Source of the DNA: Eutreptiella sp. 'Long Island Sound 2002'
Taxonomy: Eukaryota; Protista; Euglenida
Assembly: GCA_964036045.1 (NCBI GenBank)
Contig: OZ038378.1
Coordinates: forward strand, 174,406,001-174,470,000
Length of the DNA stretch: 64,000 nucleotides
Direction: 5' to 3'
Below the pieces are notes generated by a model. It was given only the letters and a program-made list of their open reading frames with translations. It searched no databases and was not told where the DNA came from. Below, piece after piece: positions 54,601 to 64,000 of this stretch (positions within the stretch are counted from its first letter, which is position 1; every line of letters starts with the position of its first letter). Made by a program: the position numbers and the translations under genes.

Positions 54601-56633
54601 TTCTAGGTTATTGGGATAGGAGGTGATGAGGGCGACAGAGGGCCAAGCTGAACCAGGAGATCATGGCACAGATGGCACTACCAGCCTAAAGCCTTGAGGT
54701 TGCCATTGTTAGCATTTGCCTCGCCCAGATTGTAGCCCATTGCTACCCACCACCGTGCATCTACAAGCAACCAAGTGCCAAACGGCAATGGCTTGCCAAC
54801 GACTCAACCAAAGCATCTTTGATGTTCTATGGACAATGGCATGATTGGTTAGGGTTTGGGTTATTGTATTATATTGGGGCCCAAACCCCCCAAGAGCTAG
54901 TTGCTTGTGCGCTGGTCGTAAGCACGGCCTTGTCCACGCACTTATCGCCGGCTGACTGTCGCTTTCGTTGACTCTTCTTTGGGGGGGGGGGGGGGGTTAG
55001 AAGGGGACGGAGCTCAGGGCTTCAAGCGGCAGATCCACGCTGTTGGGGGTCATGGTGAGCATGCTACACGTGCTTTTCTGCAGGTGAGCCGAGGCAACGG
55101 CTTGTGCCACGACATGTTGTATCGTTGTGTGGTGCCATCATGTACAGCGGCACGCTGATTGCCTGCCATGACGCGTGATTCGGGCCCCAAAGAACCAACT
55201 CACAAACAGGCCGATGAGGCCACAGCTGCCCCGACGCGTGACTCCGATCCCCCTGGGGCCATCCATCGACGAAAACAGGAGACCTCAGCGCCCGCTACGA
55301 CGCAGTACATTGCCCAAGGACCCATCCGCCGGAGACGGATCAGACAGTTGACAAGATGGCCCGCACGCAAGGACCAGCCGACACCTGAGGTCGGAACAGC
55401 TGACATCCAGGACACGGGTCTCACCTGCTCTTCAGGAGCTTTCATAGTATTTCCATTGGCCCTGCAGTCGTCACCCACCCTTGTTCCACTCAGCTCACAT
55501 CCATCACTGATTTGTCCCACCCATCTCTAATTCAGGGGTTTGCATAAGCGGACAAGATTTCCCTGTTAAATGGGGTTCAGGAAAGTCTAAGCACCTCGCT
55601 CCCAGCTGATCGCCGGCATTTGATGGCTGATGGTGAACCACCGGTGGATGACGGTTAGCCGCTGGATTTTGGCCGTCAACTGGCGTTTGTTGGTGAATAT
55701 TGGCAGTTGACGGCTTTGCAATGGTCGTCACACTTGACTCTCAGTGTTCCTCTTGTCCTCGCACATTTCTCCTGCAGAAGTCCCCAGCGGCTTGTGATCC
55801 AGGCCTCCATGCCTACCAAACCTTGGCATCCGTTGGCAAGCGGTTGTGCTTTGGCATTGGCAGCCTCTGGGCTGGGTTTTCCCATTAGAACAATGAGGGG
55901 GAAAACGTGCGTTCTGTGTTATGGTGGGGGAGGCGTGGGAAGATGGGGGGCAGGGGGGGCGGGCGTCGAAAACCTGGGAAAATGCGGAAAACCTGGGGGA
56001 CTTTTACTGTTCATGATGCTGTTTCTCATTTTATTGCTGGCAATTGCAGCCTTTCCTTCGCTTTCGAAGGCCACCCCCAAGAAAGGCAAGTCATCACATT
56101 CTGGTGGGGCTGGGCGATGCATGTGGAAAAAACGGGTGGAAAAAAAATGGGCTGTAGGGACGCGGTGGCCTGAGGAAGCGAGCATGTGACAAACTGGGGG
56201 GCTGGCAACACCAACATTTCTGGCCACCAGTTTCCTCTTGTTTTCCCCATCTCCGCCCGCGTTTTCCCTGGTTCCCCCCGTTTATCCATTACAACAGCCG
56301 TGGGGGGGAGTTGCTTTGGCACTGGCATGCATGGGGGCCTGTCTGCTGCTTCACTCCTCAGCGCTCATTGTACACATCCGGTGCACCGCGCCACTCTTGG
56401 TTCGCTTTCTACTTTGCTCCTGCCACAGCTTCCAACCGTCCAGATTCTCTTGTTGCTGCTGCCGTCGCCCCTAATGCCGTGATTCGCGCCCGTGCTGTCT
56501 CTGCTGCGTGTAGCCCTTTCGTGTCTGGAGGACGCCGTTACCTTGTTCGGTATTCGGGTCGACGTACAAACAAAACAGAAAAGTGTACCCCGGAGCTGTG
56601 TGCTTGGTTTGTGGCTTCGTATCTTTGCCACAG

Positions 56634-57024
56634 GTCTGGATTTCCGTGACAATGTCGTGTTGACCGTAGAAGACGCCTCCCCTGTGCACCATTTCGGCAA
56701 GAGGAAGAGCAGCAGCTATGTCTCCAATGCCCTCCAGATCGAAGCAGAGGTGAACGCCGAGCTGCTGCAAATGACGGAGCGGATCGAACAGCTGGATGAC
56801 CTGCAGTCCCCTCGCATGATGGATCCCGTGCAGCAAATGGTGCTGTACCGCAACGCCTTTGAGCACATCATCAACGCGGACAAGTCCTTTGGCCCGTCGC
56901 TGCAGAAAATCAAGGCCGGCTACGACCGGTTGTGCCTCGAAACTTTTGCCACCAAAGCCAAGGACCAGAGCGGTCGATTGCACAACGCCGACTGCACCAA
57001 CAGAAAGCATTTGAAGACCATTAG
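56634..57024 (+). CDS. Exon of a coiled-coil gene with a TSNAXIP1_N/CLHC1-like motif
   Basis: QQMVLYRNAFEHIINADKSFGPSLQKIKAGYDRL resembles the YRxxFxxxIxxxxxYxxxLxxIKxxYD/E signature; GC3-rich codons; CAG| acceptor and AG|GTCTGC donor (phase 2). The 5' boundary is uncertain. Confidence 0.65.
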
Positions 57025-57519
57025 GTCTGCATCAACCCGCCGCGCTTCGGTGTGGCTGCCAGGGCGGATTTGTTTTCGACCTCCCGGCCATGGTTGTGGA
57101 GTGCTTCGTTTTGAGCTGCCATGATTGTACCACAAATGGTTTTTCTCATGAGCGCCACCAGAACACTCAACCGTTTACCAGCAGAAATTCATTCATCCGT
57201 GCGTGTACATACTGCACATGCACGGACCTGGACGTGCGTCGGGTCGGATCGCCGGGGATGGATCTGTGAGCCTGTAGAGTGTCATTACCTGAAGCGCGCC
57301 GCAAAATTTTGTTTTTGCAGACATCACGGAAGTTTGCAGCTCGGTCGAAGCAGGCGTACTTAGGCACGCACGCCACAGCCCCTGCAAATTTTTGATTCGC
57401 TCCGGATGCACCTGATCTACGTCGCAGGCATTTGGAATCACAGCATCTAAGACCGTTTTGCTGTCGAGATGTAATGGTCATGAACCATCATCACTGCTCG
57501 TGCATGTCCACAATCGCAG

Positions 57520-57910
57520 TGCCCTGCGACGGATTGGCTTGTTTCGGTTCAAGTTGGATCATTCTGGTTGCACTCTTGATGCTGATTTTGATGATGGCTC
57601 CCTTCACGGCATCAATGTGGCTGTGTCTGATCTGGCGGGCCCCTCTCCATCACGTGTGAACAGGTCATTGGAGGCCAAGGTGCGCTCGCTGGAGCTGGAG
57701 GTGTTCAATTTGCGGCGTCAATTGCAGACTCGTGACGAGCAGCTCAGCACATTCTTGGACACCAACACCGGCAGTATTGCCGAGGCATCTCTTCAAGCCA
57801 TCAAGGCCATGAATAACCGTCTCATGAAGCAAGCAGGTGAGATGCGGACGCAGGACGACCCGGATGCTCTGGCTACCGTGGACCCAGACCTGCAAAAGGA
57901 GCCACCCCAG
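57520..57910 (+). CDS. Next exon of the coiled-coil gene
   Basis: Phase-2 acceptor CGCAG| is compatible with the previous donor; heptad segment LEAKVRSLELEVFNLRRQLQTRDEQLSTF; donor CAG|GTATCC. Confidence 0.65.
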
Positions 57911-58329
57911 GTATCCCACTGGGCCTGGGATTACCCATCCTGCCCCTATGCACAGACATTGCCTTGTGCAAACAACGCTAAGTGCCGCTTCTGCACGGCA
58001 GGGTGTGCTTTTGCTTAGTGGGGTATGAGCGCAAGAAAAGGTTTGTGTGCCTAAAATGGCCTCTCATTTTGGGCTCTCTATTCAAATTTGATTTTTCCCC
58101 CGAGGAAAATTGTTTTGGTTTTGGGTGGGTGGTGGCACGGCCTGTGGAGGTGGGTCCGCCAGATCACCCCCCCCGCGTCCCCCCCCCCCGATGAATAAGC
58201 ACATCTCTGTCTGCACGGCAAGTGTAGAACAGTTGACTATTGTAGGATGAACCCGCTGCTCCCGGATCCTTCATGTGTTGGTGTCACGACCCGCCACCAT
58301 GGAGAAACGCAAAAATTGCGCATGAGGAG

Positions 58330-58670
58330 ACGGAAGGATATGGGGAGGACGAGAGGAATAGGTCTTCTCTGCCGGGAGAGGAGGAAGAGCAAGCAACAAT
58401 TGGGGAGGGCTGCGAGCAGCTCATGACGCGCACGCCATTGTGTATTGTTGTGGATGCAGAGTGGGTCTATGAGGGGATAATGGAGTGGGGGGACTTGTGG
58501 CGAAGGCACAACTGGCACATATCTTCGGGGGGAAGTCCGCAAGGATCTATGGGTGCCGGTGTTGGAAATGTTGTAGGCAGCATGGCCTCTGTTTTCGATC
58601 CAGTGGGTGCCATGGTACATTGATATGAATGAAATGGGCAGGCTGACAAGCTTGCTGCAGAGGGATGACG
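58330..58670 (+). pseudogene. Decayed RNase H1-type domain (probable retroelement remnant)
   Basis: Across frameshifts: GYGEDERNRSSLPGEEEEQ, CIVVDAEWVYEGIMEWGDLWRRHNWHISSG, EVRKDLWVPVLEML*, FSIQWVP, NGQADKLAAEG, which match RNase HI segments TDSxYVxxGIxxWxxxWxxxGW, KDLW, WVxxH and NExADxLAxxG. Confidence 0.75.
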
Positions 58671-60323
58671 ACTACACAAAGCGTCTGCGCCAGAGTGGGT
58701 GAGGAAGGTGCGGAGGCAACAGTGGGGCCAGTGGCAGGGCTTGGGGCTGGAGGATACGTCCTCTAGTGCCGAGTCGGCGTCATAGCATACGACATCAGTG
58801 GGCGAGATGGGCATGCTGTTGCAGGCGTCTTGGGTTGTACCGGGATGGTGGTCGGGCTGTTGAACGCCTATGCACATTGCCACTGTCTCGATGGTGACTC
58901 ATGGGGGATTCCTGGACCGAGACCGTGACACCAGCCCTCCCCTCCCCTCGGAGTGGCCAAAATGTTGAGGAGGTCCGGACCACATTTGGCAGTTCAGCAT
59001 ATTGTGGGGGGTAAATTTTCGTTTTCACCCCATGTGTGTATACTCAAAATGCGCAGGATTTTATGGCGAATTCAAATGTGCATTTGAGACACGAAAAACA
59101 AATTTGACCCCATCTAGCCCCCCAAACCTGGCTGCTGGGACCGGACCCCCAGGGAGTTTTTTCAAAGAACCTTGCTGTGTTCAAAATGATCAGCGCAACG
59201 AGGGGATCAGTTTCAGGCATGTATGTTTGGGTACCCGGGTCGGGGTACCCAGCTCAGCCGCCCCCCACCGCCTGGGGAGCCCCCCCCCCCCCCCCACACA
59301 GGGCCCAAAAAAGGGGGTGTTGGTGTCAGGTCTGAGTCTGAGTACCCCCCATGTGGTGACCTCAGAACTACTGCTCTTGTGAAATGTGGTAAGTTAATCA
59401 AAGAGCGTTGTTGGTGATGCTTCAATATACCCCCCCCCCCTTCTGACGAAGAATGGGTGTCGGACTGTGTGTCGGATGGATGGTGGTAATTACAGTCACA
59501 GCGACAATGGCGGCGAGATGCAGTCAGACTCAAATACACACAGTACTGACAATGATGGTGAAATGGTCACAGAACGCTTGCTCAAATGTAGGTGCTGACA
59601 GTGGTGCTGCACCGTCAATAGATCTCAACAAGGCGTTGAGAGTGTATATAGCAGCACAGGGTACACGGTGCATGGTGCCACGGACATGCAGTGTGTTTGT
59701 TTTGTGTTTGTTATTGCAATGAAGTTGCCCGGTTTACAATTTGTTCAGTTCGCATGAACCGCCAAAAGCAGGCCCGTTCACCACAGTCTGAACATTAATT
59801 GTGGGGTCGCTGATATTTCGGTGCATGGCGAAGGATTCATTGCCCCCCCCCCCCCCCTTCTGGTTTGCAATGCACTGTGATTTGGCGATGCAAGACCATC
59901 ATCGGTTTCTTGCAGCAGAGCTGAGAGGGCAATCTAAGGATCTTGAACTACACAAACACACTCTAAATGCCCAAGTGCTGCAGTTTCAGTGCACACAACC
60001 ATGGACTTGACAGAGTTGGAGGCCGACACCATGAACGGTGGGTGTCATGCACTGATGAATTGGCTTTGGTGCCTCAGGGCCCTCGACACCCTCAATACCC
60101 CTCACCATGCCTCACCAACCCTCACTCATTTTCACCAGCTCTCAATGACACTTGCCAACCCTCACCGACCCTCCACAACCCGCAACCATCATCAACAAAC
60201 CTCAACAACCATCTATTCCCCATATTTCCCCGCATTTCCCCAGAATCCATGTAGTGAGATTAGAGGCAAGAATATTATGCGCACCTGGATTCCCTCGGGC
60301 GACTCTGCATGTTCGTCTTGCAG

Positions 60324-60473
60324 GGCCACGAGGACCACCGGCATCATGCCCTTCAAGCCGATGTGCAAAAGTATCAGAACATTGCCAAAAGGGTGGAGTT
60401 TAAGGTGGATCAACTGGCAGCAAAGCTGCGTGGATTTGCCGGACAAGGGCACAAAGCGAAGCTGGGAGAGGCG
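60324..60473 (+). CDS. Putative downstream coiled-coil exon (50 codons)
   Basis: TCTTGCAG| ... GCG|GTAAAT; GHEDHRHHALQADVQKYQNIAKRVEFKVDQLAAKLRGF. Confidence 0.5.
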
Positions 60474-61258
60474 GTAAATACGGTGTTTGTGATGGGACAG
60501 TTCCGCAAGCAGATTGATGGATGGTCCCAGGTCTGTATACACCTTTTTGCATTCGTATCATTCCAAGGCAGGGCCAAGAAGGGCCCAAAAACGGGAACGT
60601 TGCGATTACACCATTCAGGAAGTTGGAAAAAGGAGGAAAAGTTGGGGGAAATGGGGCAAAATGGGACATTTTTTTTGCGTTGATTGTTGCCCCAGACACT
60701 GCACAGTTTGTCCTCCCCCCCCCCCCCCCTATCCTGTTGATTGCACAGATATTGAATAAGTCCGACCCGCATGCCCCTTTTTTTGTGAAATGGAATGTCA
60801 TCTAGTCTCACACAGGATTTGTTCGGCATCCTGCCTGAGGAAACATTGCCCCCCGTCACTCAACCTCTGTGCACACCAACAATCGCAAGCAACATCTCCC
60901 ACCCCGCCCACAGACCTCTAAGTTCCTGGACAATTCTTTGGATAATGGGGTAAGTTTGGGGGAAGTGGGGCCAGACAAGGGGGAGTTGGGGAAAAGTGGG
61001 GGGAAAATGTGAGAAACGGGTTCCAAGCCGAGTTCCCAATACCAATCACTTCAATTCAGCAGATGTAACATGTGACCCTTCAGGGCAGAGTAACCAAATG
61101 AGTAGATGAAATGTTGTAGAAACGTTAAGTGGTCATGATAATGTGGAAGGACAATGTTGAGTGGGGAATGAGGTGGGTTGAATTGGTGAATTCCAATTCT
61201 GGTGCAAAAGCATGCAACGTAAAACACAGATCTGGTCTGCAGTGGGTAAGGGGCAAAT

Positions 61259-61260
<2 letters not shown>

Positions 61261-61308
<48 letters not shown>
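61261..61308. repeat. (TC)24 microsatellite
   Basis: Directly visible. Confidence 0.98.
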
Positions 61309-61311
<3 letters not shown>

Positions 61312-61437
61312 AATCGAAGAGCAGTGGACGGTGCTATAGAGTAAAGGACAGCAGTTGGTGGGGAATAGACGCAGGTCACAGACTGGCCTGGTATTTTCTC
61401 ACCTCCTGTAGCATCCCCAATACACCGCATTTGGCAG

Positions 61438-61610
61438 GCATGGGATGCCGAGAACCATGCAGCCATTGCCCTGGACAAGGAGGAGGAGGAGGAGGCTTTA
61501 GCCAACTACTCTGATGAGGCCAAGGACAGCTGCTTGAAAGAGGAGGGCCTCGACGAGCGGTCGACCTCCACACACACTGACTCTCTCCGAAGGATGAGTC
61601 GCAAGCACAG
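61438..61610 (+). CDS. Putative further exon (acidic; 3' end uncertain)
   Basis: TTGGCAG| phase 0 continues KLGEA|AWDAENHAAIALDKEEEEEALANYSDEAKDSCLKEEGLDERS. Confidence 0.45.
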
Positions 61611-64000
61611 TGGTTTGGGATATCGCCAGAGGTTCGCCTTTGCTCATGCCTCTGCCCCTGCCCCTCCCCTTGCCCTATGCCCCTACCCCGCCCCTGCCTT
61701 GTGCCACACTTGCATTCCTCTGTTTTGGTTTTGCCCGATGCTTCTCATGGGGCTGTCTGCCGCCTTGGATTTTGTCGCAGTCAGATGCACCGGGAGCCCC
61801 AGCGCTCTAGATCCTGATCATGACACAGCATGCCATCCGATCAGGCATAGATGGAGCATATGTCTCAGTGGTGTAGCGTAGCAGCAGGGTGTATGGGAAA
61901 TGCAACGACGCCGGCCTATCTCAGTGCATCCTTTCGCACATTTGTCCCTCTGGATGGGAAAGAATATCTGGGCTGCCTACTTTTGAGGGCAACGACTGGG
62001 TCTCGTGACCATGAGTGCCCCCCCCCCCCTCCAACGCACACAGAGGGCGCACCCTTGCCGTTATCCTCCTCTGTGTGGACCCGACACAGAGCAGTAAAAC
62101 AGGGACAGCCCAGGGGCTCCGTTGGCACGGCGTACCAAGGAAAAGGAAGGGTGTGCAAGGAAGGTAGGATAGGCCAGACTGGGAGATCAAGGGCACTAGG
62201 TGGTGGTGGTGAGAGGCCAATGGGCACCACCACCTGTGGAGGGAAACGGTCCAAGGAAAGGACATGTGCAAGTGGCGAGAGGCCAATGGGCGCTGCCAGC
62301 TTCAGACAGCAATCCATCCAGGCGTCATGCCAACCCCCCCCCCCCCCTGGGGTGGATCTTTGAGAGTGGTGAGAAATCGATTGACACCACCCACCGGTAG
62401 GAGAGCAGCAAGATCTCAGGGCTTTGCCCCCCCCCCCCCCCCCATGCACACCCTGGTCCCTTGCCTCCAAAGTCTAGACAAACCTGCATCTCCTACCACA
62501 ACACCCATCCCCACCCATCACCGGATGGCACACATGCCACGCATGGGGATCGACATACAGTACACACACTGTGGGCATAGGGCGCAGAGGGATGGGGTGG
62601 GGCGTGGATGGTAACATGATGCGCTCGCCACAAGAAGGACAGAGCGCGTGAAAGGGCAAGTTGAAGGTTGTTATGTGTCACCGTCGGTGAACTGACGCTG
62701 CAGGGGACATCCCAGGGCCCAACAACCCCCGTTGGGGAGGGTTTCCCAACTGCCGGTATGGCTTATCCGTCTGGACTCCGCTGGCCAATGGCGAGGGTCT
62801 TTGTCCTCCTCTGTGTGGACCCAACACAGGGCAGCGAAACAGGGAGAGCCCTGGGGCTCTGTTGGCGCAACGTCCCAAGGGAAAGGAAGGGTGTGTAGGG
62901 AGGATAGGATTGGCCAGACGGGTAGATCAAGGGCACTGGGTGGTGGGAGGCCAATGGGCACCACCACCTATGGAGGGAAAGGGTTCAAGGGTAGGGCAAG
63001 GGTAAGTGGCGAGAGGCCAATGGGCGCTGCCAGCTTCGGACAGCAATCCATCCAGGCGTCATGCCAACCTGCCCCCCTCAACGTAGCCAAACCCACATCA
63101 CATACCACAACACCAATCCCCACTCATCACCCCGGGTGGCACACATGCCACACGAGGGCATGGACATACAGTGCACGCACTATGGACGGGGGGCAATATG
63201 ATGCGCTTATCACAAGGAAGACTGGGTGCAGGAAAGGGCAAGTTGAAGGTTACTATGTGTCCCGTCGGGGAAGTCACCTGCAAGTGGACATCCCGGGGCC
63301 CTACAGCCGCCGTTGAGGATCCTCCGCCGAATGGGGTGTCTGCGCGCGCTTGGTCAACGACCTGGGGTGTTGTCCTCCTCTGCTCCATGGACACAACGTA
63401 CCAAGGAAAAAGGAAGTGAATGTAGGGAGGTACGGATAGGCAAGATCGGTGGGTCCAGGTGAGAGGCCACTGGGCACCGCACCTACGGAGGGAAAGGGGA
63501 AAGGACAAGGGCAAGTGGCGAGAAGCCAATAGGTGCTGCCAGCTTTAGACAGCCATCCATGGGCATGGGCATGATGCCCCCATGTCCATGCCCACTGCTC
63601 TTGCCCTCACCTCTGCCAGGTCATACAATCCGCGCAGCAAGCCCTCTCGCTTGGAGGATGTTCCCTCTGTGACAGTGGACACACCCCAGCACGCTGGGTC
63701 GCCGATGCAGTCCGCGACGTTGTGGCCCCTGACGAAGCCACCCCTGAATTCCCCCCTGGGTCAAGAGCCCCTGTTTCGGTCCCAACTGCAGAAAAAACAA
63801 TTTGTGCGGAGGAGGTCCCTGCTTCTGCCCCTGCCCCTGCCCCTTGCGTGGTTCATGAGGCCTGGTCTCAACAAACACCCCCCCCCCCCATGTTTTTGAA
63901 ACACGGTGTGTCAATTTTTTTAATGCCCCTTCATGGCCTGGTCATGTCACGCCTGTCAATACCCCAACTACCATTCCCATGTTACTGACCACTCTCCATG

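Noticed and set aside
58246-58623. ORF as a host exon of the coiled-coil gene
   Set aside because: Although phase-compatible, it reads as frameshifted RNase H motifs and shares sequence with an interspersed repeat.

Overview
Repeat-rich, intron-containing eukaryotic DNA with a 200-N scaffold gap at 38554-38753. No rRNA, tRNA or CRISPR signal was found. The centrepiece is an apparently intact ~16.3-kb non-LTR retrotransposon (21148-37468, + strand) between two kb-long (CA)n arrays. It has a structured 5' leader and a tandem monomer array, followed by three large ORFs. ORF1 (690 aa, RE/RD-rich) and ORF2 (861 aa) share a homologous ~77-aa RRM-like domain. ORF3 (~1800 aa) carries Cys/His motifs, an APE endonuclease, RT, RNase H and a CCHC knuckle. 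ORF2 and ORF3 are in the same frame, separated by a single TGA that overlaps an ATG. The ORF1-ORF2 spacer holds a decayed copy of the 3' end of ORF3, pointing to a chimeric or tandem origin. Flanking DNA holds exons of a SAM-domain gene (11.9-16.3 kb), a mucin-like 33-bp-repeat ORF (43.7-46.3 kb), an intronless USP pseudogene (48-49.7 kb, - strand), exons of a TSNAXIP1_N-like coiled-coil gene (56.6-61.6 kb), a decayed RNase H1-type remnant, satellites and interspersed repeats. All domain calls are by-eye motif recognition, not database hits.
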